From NCBI RefSeq assembly GCF_001194135.2, contig NC_068989.1:73411361-73475360 (forward strand): a DNA stretch of 64,000 nucleotides, in the 5' to 3' direction. Positions within the stretch are counted from its first letter, which is position 1; every line of letters starts with the position of its first letter. The notes beneath the pieces were generated by a model. The model worked only from the letters and a program-made list of their open reading frames with translations, did not search any database and had not been told where the DNA came from. Source of the stretch: Octopus bimaculoides (lineage: Eukaryota). This document shows positions 40,051-52,514 of the stretch, piece after piece. The position numbers were made by a program, and so were the translations under genes.

Positions 40051-40893
40051 CGCTTATGTTTCTAGGATATTGTTGTATTATCTTCTTTTTCTTAAGATGG
40101 TTGGATGCAATTGGGGAGAGACTTCCAGCAGGTCAAACAACTGTGTAATGTCTCCTCCTTGGGTACATTAATGATTTCCATGCTAAATGCATCACCATTA
40201 CAACTTCAATTCCTCCACTTCGTTATGACTACAGAGCTGACCTCTGAACATAAAATGAGCCAAGCAGTCTAATCTGTTTCTCTCAGTAGAGTTTGGAGGA
40301 CAAATGAATTGAATGAAGAAATATTTTGCATACTAACTATATAAATTTATGTCGACAAATTAGTTTTTAGCATAGTCAATGAAGAGAGCATTGAAAAACT
40401 GACTAGAAAGAAGTATGCAGTGCTAGCATCATGGCCAAAGCATCCAGTACACTCTATAAATTGGTTGGCATTAGAAGGGCATCCAGCTGTAGAAACCATG
40501 TCAAAGAAGGCATTTGAATACACAACACAACCCTTAAACCTGTTGGAACTTATCAAACCACCCAACCCATACCAGCATGGAAGCTGGACATGGAAAGATG
40601 ATGATGAGTGAAAACGAAAACCTATTACTCATTATATTTTTGCCTTTATTTTGGTAAGCATGGGAGAAAAGACTGTGCATGTTTTACTTTTATTCTGATC
40701 TCATCAGAGAAGCATAGCTTTTGCAGTACTTACTAAAGTAATGATGGATGAATAAACCACAAATAAATACACAGGATTGTGTGCATAGGGAATATGAAAT
40801 TCTTTAAAGATTAAATTATTCAGTAATTCCATCTACGTAGAAAAATAGTTTTATATTAGTTCATGTATGCTTGCTCTTTGAGAGTAAATATAT

Positions 40894-41224
40894 GCAAGGA
40901 GTGGCTGTATGGTAAGTAGCTTGCTTACCAACCACATGGTTCTGGGTTCATTCCCACAGCGTGGCACCTTGGGCAAGTGTCTTCTACTATAGCCTCAGGC
41001 TGACCAAAGCCTTGTGAGTGGATTTGGTAGACGGAAACTGAAAGAAGCCAGTCATATATATGTGTGTGTGTGTATGTGTCTGTGTTTTTGTGTGTNNNNN
41101 NNNNNNNNNNNNNNNNNNNNNNNNNNNNNNNNNNNNNNNNNNNNNNNNNNNNNNNNNNNNNNNNNNNNNNNNNNNNNNNNNNNNNNNNNNNNNNNNNNNN
41201 NNNNNNNNNNNNNNNNNNNNNNNN

Positions 41225-41269
<45 letters not shown>

Positions 41270-41470
41270 GTTTGTGTCTGTGCTTGTCCGCCAACATCGC
41301 TTGACAACCGATGCTGGTGTGTTTACGTCCCCGTAACTTAGCAGTCCGGCAAAAGAGATCGATAGAATAAGTACTAGGCTTCCAAAAAATATGTCCTGGG
41401 GTCGATTTGCTCGACTAAAAGGTGGTGGTCCAGCATGGCTGCAGTCAAATGACTGAAACAAGTAAAAGAT
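40894..41470 (+). mobile_element. SINE family B: tRNA-like head, central (TA)/(TG) microsatellite, 3' module
   Basis: Head has A-box-like TGGCTGTATGG and B-box-like GGTTCATTCCC, followed by GCACCTTGGGCAAGTGTC. The central microsatellite contains an N gap. The 3' module ends CAGCATGGCTGCAGTCAAATGACTGAAACAAGTAAAAGA. Confidence 0.85.
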
Positions 41471-42291
41471 TAAAAGAGAAAGAGAATAAACCAATAAATC
41501 TCATGATATTAAAGGTTTCTGAATGAAATTGTGTTAACTGGAGAAATTAGTGGCTATAGTTATTTATCAACTAGATAGCTATTTTCTTTTTAAATTCAAA
41601 CAGCAAAGTGTGTGTGTGTATGTGTCTGTGTTTTTGTGTGTATGTGTCTGTGTTTTTGTGTGTGTGTGAGGAGTGTTTGGACATAGGATTTATAGTGTGT
41701 CTCCTAGTGTATATTCTGCATCTTGCTGAGTTTCACCAGTACTGTTGATATGAGGTTAACCGGAGCTGAGTTGGAGATAAAGGACATATCACATAGATAC
41801 AATTACATTGTCAAATGCATTAAAATTGCTGGCCTCTCTAATTTGAAAGCCACTTGGCAAAACCCATTTATTACAAACAACTTTGTGCTGTCTCTGTCTC
41901 ACCTACAACTACTTTAACAAACTTTGCTCTTTTTTAAAATTTCTGATACAATGCCACTTCACTGAAGCTTAGTCAGAGAAGTTGTTAGCTCTCATTCTTA
42001 TCCTCCTTTGTCCTGTACCACCCCCTTTCATTTCCATTGTATGTCTTACTTCCCAGACTTACTATTGAGACACTTTGTCTAACCCCTTTTCCTGTACTGT
42101 ACTTACATTCAATTGCTTTATCATGTCCACGAATACTCATGCTAATTGTTAATAGTAATCTAAAGTGAATAATCTCAATTAACCCCACCCAGTTTTGTTG
42201 TCTGTAAAGACCTAAAGGTGCCATGCCATGCCATGTACATTACACATCCTCAAAACCAAGTGGTTATTCAAAACAAAATTGCGTTCTATAA

Positions 42292-42597
42292 ATGAGCGAG
42301 GTCGTTGCCAGTGCCCCTGGACTGGCTCTTGTGCTGGTGGCACATAAAATACACCATTTTGAGCGTGGCCTTTACCAGTATCGCCTGACTGGCCTTCGTG
42401 CTGGTGACACGTAAAAGCATCCACTACACTCTCGGAGTGGTTGGCGTTAGGAAGGGCATCCAGCTGTAGAAACTCTGCCAAATCAAATTGGAGCCTGGTG
42501 TAGCCTTCGGGTTCCACCAGTCCTCAGTCAAATCGTCCAACCCATGCTAGCATGGAAAGCGGACGTTAAACGATGATGATGATGATGATGATGATGA
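42292..42597 (+). mobile_element. Retroposon family C
   Basis: Two upstream hairpin units, the common 3' end and a (GAT)n tail. Confidence 0.85.
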
Positions 42598-42621
42598 AAT
42601 GACCCTGTGCAGGATCCTTCA

Positions 42622-42810
42622 CGTCAATAAATTTCAAAATGTTATGAAGAATTTAGTAAAATAACTTTGTCATTATGAAACTTGTGTTTGGAACACATAT
42701 TAACATGTAGAAGTTTTGATGGAAGGTTTTAATGTAAATTAAATCACTTTAAATCAGGAAATTTGTATCATGGGACAGAGGTCAGTCTCAGGAGGGTTGG
42801 TATCAAAAAG
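42622..42810. mobile_element. Family F MITE, old partial copy
   Basis: Shares GAAGAATTTAGTAAAATAACTTTGTCATT and TTGGTATCAAAAAGG with other family F copies. Confidence 0.55.
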
Positions 42811-43282
42811 GAAAGCTCACTAAACAAGCAAATTAAATTGTCAGATGACTAATCAACAGAGACATTGCAGTTATTCTGCTATACAATGCCAATATTGACG
42901 TTTGTTTTAATGTCATAAGCTTTCACAAAAATTGCCATTACCTACTGTTAGAATGATGTTATACATTTTAAAGATCGTCTCCAAGGAACACGCATTGGTT
43001 GAAAGTGGTGACTTGAGAGATTGACTGATAAATGTGAGAGCTACATCTGCACTGACAAGATCTCTTGTATGCTGCAGTTTAGATTAGCGTACAGTCACAA
43101 ATTTCATTTATCATATGCGCTGACATGAGTGCCTCTGTGGGATTGTTTGACCTGGTTGATAAAGTAGACATGGTAACTACATAGTGGCTAAATCTCCCTC
43201 AAATTACACCCTACCATCTTAGAAAAGAACATTTTAGAAACTGGGATCCTGATTTTTTTTTTGCTTTTATTTCTTTCTTCTG

Positions 43283-43670
43283 TTTCAGCCATTAGACTGC
43301 GGCCATGATAGAGCACTGCCTTGAAGAACTTTTAGTTGGATGAATTGACTCCCAGTGTCTTTTTTCTTAAGCCTGGTACTTATTCTATTGGTCACATTTT
43401 GCTGAACTGCTATGTTATGTGGGCATAAACAAACCAACACCAGTTGTCAAGCAGTGATGGGAAACAAACACAGACACAAAAACATGCACACACACACACA
43501 TATATATATATATGACAGGCTTCTTTCAGTTTCCATCTATCAGATCCACTAACAAGACTTTGGTTGGCCTGAGACTACAGTAGAAAACACTTGCCCAAGT
43601 TGTCATGCAGTGGAATTGAAACTAGAGCCATGTGGTTGGGAAGCAAGTTTCTTACCACACAGCCACGCCT
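43283..43670 (-). mobile_element. SINE family B
   Basis: Full-length reverse-complement copy. Confidence 0.8.
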
Positions 43671-44092
43671 GTTTCTTGGACATATGAATGAAAGGAGATG
43701 GTCATGGCTGGAAAGCCTTTGATCATAGGTCTATTCAGTCAGGGGTGGCCTGAGGCTAAACAAGAACAAAACCAACAACAACATGTACCATATAGTGTCA
43801 TGTGACATGTAAACAAAAGAGAAAATGTGGGGCTCCTGGTAAATTATGTATAATTTCAAAAGGCATACATACTCTGCTTTTCTCATTTGAATTGTTATTT
43901 ATCTCCAAGCCAGCCCTGGCTGAACTGTCCTATGATCATGTGATCATCTCTTTGTAGTTTAACCCTCAAGCTGAACATAATTGAACAGACCTATGATGAA
44001 AGGATCAAAGATATTCTGTCCATGAGAACTCTATTCCTTCTTGAGAGTTAATACATCCAAACTGCATTATTCAATGTGCCTCATTGATTTAA

Positions 44093-44319
44093 CCATTCAG
44101 CATACAGATTACTCTGTCAAATGTAATTCTTATTTATTGATATTGTCTTTAATTAATTAACCATACATTTTCATGTAGCTTTAATATTTTTGATGATGTG
44201 ATCTTTAATTTTTAGAATGGCTTTGTAGGATAGATGTGATAGGCTGGATCTGGCTGGCTTGAACATAAAAAAAAAGTAGAATATTTGGGCCGAATATAGC
44301 CGATTTAAATGCTAAAGGG
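44093..44319. mobile_element. piggyBac-type MITE family G
   Basis: Runs TTAA-CCATTCAGCAT ... AATGCTAAAGGG-TTAA; homologous to 21267-21486. Confidence 0.75.
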
Positions 44320-44543
44320 TTAAAGAAAGAAAAAAATTACTGTGTGATGTAACCTGAAGGAAATTTGACTGCTTTTTCTAGCAGATCGGTTGACCAGGCA
44401 GATCTCCCTCAGTGACTAAATTGTTGATGTGAAGAAATAAAATAGCATTAAACTAAAATTGGAATGCATTAGCTTTTTACTCTCTCTTTAATATTTCCCC
44501 CAACAAGCTTTATAAAAAAAGTAAATAAATAAACAACAATTAC

Positions 44544-44576
44544 CTTGTTGGTAATCTCTAACGATAAAGGAAATTT
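44544..44576 (-). CDS. Candidate 33-nt internal exon of an unidentified minus-strand gene
   Basis: T14-CCCCAG acceptor preceded by about 75 nt free of AG, and an AAG|GTAATT donor. The length is a multiple of 3 and two frames are open (KFPLSLEITNK or xISFIVRDYQQ). No homology recognised. Confidence 0.4.
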
Positions 44577-45349
44577 CTGGGGAAAAAAAAAAAAAATGGT
44601 TTGAATATTATTTTTAAAAAAAAATACAAAATGTGAATCGTTATTTAATTTCTACTTTTTTTATTTGTAGTATTAATAATGCTGTCATCACTGAAAGTGT
44701 ATAAATTTATAACTCTTCTGGATACTGGATATGCTTCTTTTTTTTTTTTTTTTTTTTTTTTACTTCTTTGGCTATCAGTTGAATTGCAGTCAGTCCATAT
44801 CATCATCATCATCATCATCATCATTATTACTGTTACCAGCATCGTTGTCGTAGCTAAGGCAGCAAGCTAGCAGAATTGGTAGCGTATCTGACAAAATACT
44901 TGGCACCATTTCTTTTAGTTTTATACAATCTAAGTTCAAAATTCTTACAGGGTTATCTTTGCTTTTCATTTCAAAGTCAACAAGATAAAGTACTAATCAA
45001 GTACTGGAGTCAAATGTAGTCAACTTGTACCTTCCCATCAAAATTGCTCATGCTAAGATTTGAAACCATTATCATTGTAAATTATTATTGATATCATTAT
45101 TATTTTGGAGCCTGGCGTCCAACCCATGCTAGCATGGAAAGCGGACATTAAACGATGATGATTATTATTATTATTATTATTATTATTGAGTGAGAGAGCG
45201 GTGCATGCCATCAAAGTGACACTGGGGTAAAATATACAAAGCCCAATATACCCATCATGACCACCCGTCTGATAAGGGTACACCAGGCACATGCATCACA
45301 ACTATATGTGCGCGACATGGTGATCTCATATCAAGATAAACAGCGCATG

Positions 45350-45387
<38 letters not shown>

Positions 45388-45389
45388 GG

Positions 45390-45575
45390 TGGTGAGCTGG
45401 CAGAATTGTCAGAAAGCTGGGCAAAATGCTTAGCAGCGTTTTATCTGTCTTCACATTCGGAGTTCGACTTTGCCTTTCATCCTTTTGGGGTATGAATAAA
45501 ATAAGTACCATTTGAGTGCTGAGGTTGAGGTAATTGACTAAACTTCTTACCCCAAAATTACAGGCCTTGTGCCTA
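45390..45575 (+). mobile_element. SINE family A with internal deletion
   Basis: GGTGAGCTGGCAGAATTG head after (TTA)n, followed by the family A core. Confidence 0.75.
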
Positions 45576-45750
45576 TCATCATCATCATCATCAAGTTCTT
45601 CCACTTTTCCTTCCACGTCAGTGATGTAAATTAGTATACAGATATTTATTTGTGCGCCATGTTTCTAGAGTGCTAAAAACTGATAGCAATTAATTACACT
45701 GTTGTCATTCGTGTTTTTATTTATGGTTCAAAAAACACACACACACACAC

Positions 45751-45786
<36 letters not shown>

Positions 45787-46131
45787 CACTCTGACAAAAG
45801 AATGAGGTTAAAAGCCCAATCCAATCAATTTTTTAAAATGTTTTTATTGCTTAGGCTATTTCTTTGTAATTGTTGTCATTTCCCTGCTCCCTTTTTTCCT
45901 GTTACTACATTCATTTCACTTTCTGCTTTATGTATGCAAGACCACAATTTTTTATTGATCATAACCAAGCTGTTGCCCTGGGCCACCTAACACTTTGCCT
46001 GACATTGATGTGCTCTCTCGAAGGACTCATTGCGCTAATATCCAAACGGTGGTGTAAATAGTCTGGTGGGGGTATACAGTCCACACATATACATACTTAT
46101 ATATATATATGTTCATATACTTCTATTCATA

Positions 46132-46508
46132 TATTTGTTTCAGTCATTTGACTGCAACCATGCTGGAGCACTGCCTTTAGTCGAACAAATCGACCCCAGG
46201 ACTTAGTCTTTGTAAGCTTAGTACTTATTCTATTAGATCTTTTGCTGAACCACTAAGTTACAAGGACGTAAATAGAGCAACATCGGTTGTCAAGCAATGA
46301 TTGATGGGGGTGGGGGGAGACAAACACAAACACACACACACACATATGACGGGCTTCTTTCAGTTTCCGTCTACCAAATCCACTCACAAGGTTTTGGTTG
46401 GGCCGAGGCTATAGTAGAAGACACTTGCCCAAGGTGTCACGCAGTGGGACTGAACCCAGAACCATGTGGTTGGTAAGCAAGCTATTTACCGCTCAACCAC
46501 TCCTGCGC
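46132..46508 (-). mobile_element. SINE family B
   Basis: Full-length reverse-complement copy with central (CA)n. Confidence 0.85.
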
Positions 46509-48874
46509 CTATGTGTTTGCTTTGTACATATACAAAAGTATATTCCATTGAACAAAGGGAGTGGACAATTTGGCTCTACTGCACAGGGTAACCAAAATCT
46601 ATCCTATTGCCACTATATGGGGAAACTAGTGATAAGCATGGGCATTTTAGGCTGGAGTGTTTTATTCTCTAGCCTCAAGTTGATTAAAACCTTGTGAGTG
46701 AAATTAAATGGATGGAAACTGAATGGAAATGCATCAGGTTCATTGTACGTGCCTGTAATTTGAAAGGCCAGTCTTGTTACACATAGTTTGTTCTGGCTGA
46801 TTCAACCTAAAAATGATGTTAAGGGTATGTGTATCTGTGGAATACTCAGCCACTTATACAGTATATTAATTTGACTGGTAGGTCATTAAGTTGAGTGAGT
46901 ATCTGTATGATTATTGTCAAAAATTTACGGTGGGTCTATCATGAAAGAAAAGTTTCATGTTTTTTTTTTTGCCAAAATATTTTTTATGCTTTACTTGTTT
47001 TTGGTCATTAGACTGTGGCCATGCTGGAGCACTGCCTTGAAGAATTTTGAGTAAAATGAATCGACCCCAATACTTATTTTATTTCTTTAAAGTCTCGTGC
47101 TTGTTTTATCACTCTTTTTTGCTGAACCACAAAGTTACAGGAATGTAAACATACCAACACTGGTTGTCATGTAGTGGTGGAGAACAAACTCAGACGCACA
47201 TGCACACACACATTATTTATATTTTGTTTATAGCAGATGTCTATGAATGCACTTCTGAAAGTTCCTATGCTACTTGTCACTAGCTGCCGTATATCATTCC
47301 CAACATACTGAGTTAACTGTATGGGATTGCTATATACATGGTACTCCTACTCCATGTAGCATAGGATACATATAACCCAAAACAGATAATGATGAAAAAA
47401 AAAACTTTTACTCATTATTTTATCTAATTTGTCTATTTATTTGTCTATTTATTAGAGAAATACAAGTGGAAATGGGGTCCGGGGTGGTGTCCTATTCCCA
47501 TGTCAGCTAGATATGTCTCATCTTTAATACATTCTTTTTTCTTTTCTTGTTTCTGTCTTTCTTCCAATGTTTCCCAATTCTTTTATTCTTCCTGCCTTCC
47601 TGTCTGTGCATACTTTATTGAATACAACTCAAATTTTTATCTCCTCTTCTTCTTTTCATTTTCTTTCTCCTCCCCACATTCCATGTCCACCTGCATTGAT
47701 GTGTAAACAAATAAAACTATCCCTCCCAAAGTTCTTGCTTCTATGTATACATCCTTCTGTCTAGTAGTTTGTAAGAGTTCACAAGCACTGTCCATTGACC
47801 CAGCAGAATGTTTTGTTTGGTGCAGAATGATTAATATTCTGAAGTCTAAACAAGGAATTCCAATGTAAACTAATGCAAAAACTGCCTGAAGTAGTATGGA
47901 TGTTGAATTAATGGGTTCTCATAGGATCCATGGATATTATGAATAATATTTAATAATATCCTATGGATATGGTGAGGTGGTCCCATAAAAATACATGTCA
48001 TGCTGAAACATATGTAGCAATGCATTAATTAAAATATAGAATCTCCATCTGTGAAGTATTTTTTCCTATTAATGTGTGTGTGTATATATATATGTATATA
48101 TGATGGGCTTCTTTCACTTTCCATCTACCAAATCCACTCACAAGACTTTGGTTGGCCTAAGGCTATAATAGTAGAAGACACTTGTCCAAGGTGCCATCCA
48201 GTGGGATTGAATCTAGAACCATGTAGTTGGGCTGCAAGCTTCATACTACACAGCCATATCTGTGTCTATGAAGAAAATTTATGAAAATTGTATGGTCATT
48301 TCCTCTGAAACCATGAAAAATAGGCGTTAAGTCCCCCATGAATTACAACCTTATCTTAAAAAAGAAGGACACATTGGCTAGATAATGTAGTTCTAGATGT
48401 AAAGTCTCTGACAAAAATGTACAAATGATGAGACAGTCATTAGTCTGTTCAATCAAGGGTTGTTCTGAGGTTAACAATATGCGCATGTTTGTTCACCCTG
48501 CTAGTAATACAAGTTAGATCTCCCTCAAAGCATATCTTATAGGCTTTATAAAAGGAAATCATACTGGATAGCGTAACTCTAGATACAATCTGTAAAAGAA
48601 AGGAAAATTTGGGATGATCTCAGCTGGAATGACTCTGATCAAAAATCAGCTTTCTTTGATAATGCATGACCTGGAACTAAACAACAGCAGCAGAGTTTCA
48701 AATTTTTTGAGTAGAAACTGATAATGTGTATCATAGAAGTGCCTCTCAAGAGCACTAATAATTTAAGTGATGGCCATTAAAATGATGATGAGGAGTATGT
48801 ATGTATGTATGTATGTATGTAAGTATGTATGTATGTATGTATGTATGTATGTATGTATTTCTTTCTTTATTTAT

Positions 48875-49248
48875 TTTACTTGTTTTAGTCATTGGACTGC
48901 AGCCAAGCTGGGTGCACTACTTTGATGGGTTTAGGTGAAGAGATTGCCCCCAGTAGTTCTTTTTATAAGCCCGGCACTTATTTTATTGGTCTGTTTTACC
49001 AAAATGCTAAGTTATGGGGACATAAATCAACACAGTTGAAAAGTGATGGTGATGAACAAACACAAAGACATACACACACACACACACCCATGAAGGGCTT
49101 CTTTTTAGTTTCCATCTACCAAATTCACTCACAAAGCTTTGGTTGGCCCAGGTCTACAGTAGAAGACATTTGCCCAAAGTGTTGCACAGTAGGATTGAAC
49201 CCAAGACCACTTGGTTGGGAAGCAAAGTTCTCAACCACACAGCCACAC
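48875..49248 (-). mobile_element. SINE family B
   Basis: Diverged full-length copy; accounts for ORFs 48892-49665 and 49143-49685. Confidence 0.8.
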
Positions 49249-49250
49249 CT

Positions 49251-49306
<56 letters not shown>

Positions 49307-49554
49307 NNNNNNNNNNNNNNNNNNNNNNNNNNNNNNNNNNNNNNNNNNNNNNNNNNNNNNNNNNNNNNNNNNNNNNNNNNNNNNNNNNNNNNNNNNNNNN
49401 NNNNNNNNNNNNNNNNNNNNNNNNNNNNNNNNNNNNNNNNNNNNNNNNNNNNNNNNNNNNNNNNNNNNNNNNNNNNNNNNNNNNNNNNNNNNNNNNNNNN
49501 NNNNNNNNNNNNNNNNNNNNNNNNNNNNNNNNNNNNNNNNNNNNNNNNNNNNNN

Positions 49555-49607
<53 letters not shown>

Positions 49608-50523
49608 CCATTCTCATCTCAAGAAGACTCGCTGTGGTTCTCTGGAAGAACTTTATGCAATATAAAGAACAGGCACCAGATGTAAATCAAAGTTTTCAAT
49701 GCAGAATGAAAATAAAACATGGAGAAAGTGATGTAGATAGAAAGAAGGAAAAAACTGAAGAGAAAAGAGCAGTTGCTGAAGAGTTTTGAAACTAAACTGA
49801 TAAAAGAAAGCTTTGGAAATCACTATTCTCACTTGGACAGCTAGGTCATGTTAACTTTCACATATTTCAAATTAAATATTTAAATAGATGTTATAAAATG
49901 CTTATATATCAGTAGAGTTAGTTTATTAGTAATTTGAAAGGAAGCATGTGTGGCACTAAATACATGATAGGGCAGTTCCTGACATTTAACTGGATTGAGA
50001 AACAATTAAACAAGTTAACTGCTTGTGTCGTAGTCTCCCTGCAGTTAGGAAACTACTCTTAGACACTAAATGCATTGTTCTCATGCATTGATATTCTTTT
50101 AGCATATTGCAGCAAAAATTTGGAAAGATTACAAAGATATCATGCACTTGTTATTGTTTAACCCCAGGTTTGCCCCAATTGAGCTTTCCAGCTATTAGTA
50201 TACTTTTTTTTTTGCCAGTCACAGTGTATCCTCAAACTGCATTATCCAATATATAGGTTATTATCCTAACCTCTAAGCCACACACCTTCACACACACACA
50301 CATGCTCACACACACACACATGCTCACACACACGCACACACACACACACACACACACATGCTCACACATACACACACACATTTCATTTTTGTGTTTGGAT
50401 TGTAAAATTCTTGATGTGAACTTGTGTGTTGACTGAGACAAATTTTGTCATTTTTTGGGTAAGTCATTATGCCAATAATAACAACACACACACACAGATT
50501 CAATATCACTTCTTCATTATTCA

Positions 50524-50726
50524 TCAATTGGTTAAACATCTAATCAACTAACTAATCGATCGTTTGCTTAGTCTGCTGGTTAAACAATCAATCGGTTGTT
50601 TCATTGCTGTTTGTGTCCTTTTCAGTGACTGACCACCCCCTTCTCATTCCTACTTATTGATTTTTTTTAACTAGCTCATTAAACAAATGATTGATTATTT
50701 AGTTGATTAGTTACTTAACCAATTGA
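50524..50726. repeat. Inverted repeat with arms of about 70 bp and a loop of about 60 bp
   Basis: TCAATTGGTTAAACATCTAATCAACTAACTAATCGATCGTTTGCTT versus the reverse complement of 50681-50726, TCAATTGGTTAAGTAACTAATCAACTAAATAATCAATCATTTGTTT. Confidence 0.8.
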
Positions 50727-51017
50727 CTAACAATAAAGAAGTGGAATTGAACCTGCACATGTGTTATTATTATTATTGGTATAATGACTTTCTCAAGACA
50801 CAACAATATATACGTGTGTGTGTGTGCACAAAAAATATCTTTTCACATTAAAGTATTTATATGACAGTTTTACTATAAAAATACTAACACTTGTTTTCAC
50901 AAGATGTGCTTTACATACATACATACACACACACACGAAAGAGGGAGACAATCACATGTTATGGGTAAGTTTTCATTTAGAAAGCAGTTTTTATATAAAA
51001 AAATGCTTTACTGAGTA

Positions 51018-51053
<36 letters not shown>

Positions 51054-52514
51054 TGTAAATGCAAAAATAAAAGCAAAACACAAAGGATTCTGCGGTACAC
51101 GTGTTTCAAGCTTTATAGTTGTTACATCAGTGTATAATTGACAGTATAAAGCTATCTTCAGCCGCAAATGTATTCTCTCCCAAGAATTATATCACATAGA
51201 CGTTAAAGGAGGAAGAAAGATGAGATATAAGAGGTGAGGTTATATATAGCGTTGTCGTCGTCGTCGTCGTTTAACGTCCNNNNNNNNNNNNNNNNNNNNN
51301 NNNNNNNNNNNNNNNNNNNNNNNNNNNNNNNNNNNNNNNNNNNNNNNNNNNNNNNNNNNNNNNNNNNNNNNNNNNNNNNNNNNNNNNNNNNNNNNNNNNN
51401 NNNNNNNNNNNNNNNNNNNNNNNNNNNNNNNNNNNNNNNNNNNNNNNNNNNNNNNNNNNNNNNNNNNNNNNNNNNNNNNNNNNNNNNNNNNNNNNNNNNN
51501 NNNNNNNNNNNNNNNNNNNNNNNNNNNNNNNNNNNNNNNNNNNNNNNNNNNNNNNNNNNNNNNNNNNNNNNNNNNNNNNNNNNNNNNNNNNNNNNNNNNN
51601 NNNNNNNNNNNNNNNNNNNNNNNNNNNNNNNNNNNNNNNNNNNNNNNNNNNNNNNNNNNNNNNNNNNNNNNNNNNNNNNNNNNNNNNNNNNNNNNNNNNN
51701 NNNNNNNNNNNNNNNNNNNNNNNNNNNNNNNNNNNNNNNNNNNNNNNNNNNNNNNNNNNNNNNNNNNNNNNNNNNNNNNNNNNNNNNNNNNNTTTCTATC
51801 CTAGCATTTCTCATTTCTCTGTTTTTTTCCGTCCTTGTTTTTGTATACATTTGCTGCTTTCTTCCAAGGAATCTAATGCCAAAATTGCAAAGATAATCTG
51901 GAACTCAACTGAGGATAGAAAACTCCGAATGACCCGTCCTTGTTTTTCTTGTATCGTCTGTCTGGATGTTTTGTTGTCCCTTTCTTGTGTCACCTAACTG
52001 TCTGGATGTTTTGCATTCTTGTCCCATTTTTGTATTATATATATATATAAGGGAAGGAATGATTGTTAATTTTTTTTTGAATATCATAGATTCAACATCA
52101 GAAAAAAAAGTATAAAATGTACTTGCAAAAATCTCCTAGAAACAATAAGAAATCACAATTCAATGTTTTATAAATGTTTCTATGATATTAAATGGCATGG
52201 CTAAAGAACATGACTATTTTGTAATAGCTGTATTAGATCACAAAATCATGAAAACATTGTGTATTCATTGATGAAATCATTGTTTACATTATAATGTTTT
52301 CACTTTATGGAAATTTAAAATTACTGTTTTTCAATTCATTAAGGATGAAAAAGCAATTGTAATTGCAGAGAACATGCATGAGCATGTGCACACATGCACA
52401 CATACACATTCACACAAAGTGACAGTCATAATCACATATGTTCTGCATTTAATGGTATGGCATTACATGTTGCACCCAAATGTCAGTGCATGTTCAGGAA
52501 TAAATTTTTATTGC

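Noticed and set aside
51795-52030. Possible Penelope-like terminal region
   Set aside because: It is single copy in the window, truncated by a gap and has no coding motif, so the family cannot be supported from the sequence alone.
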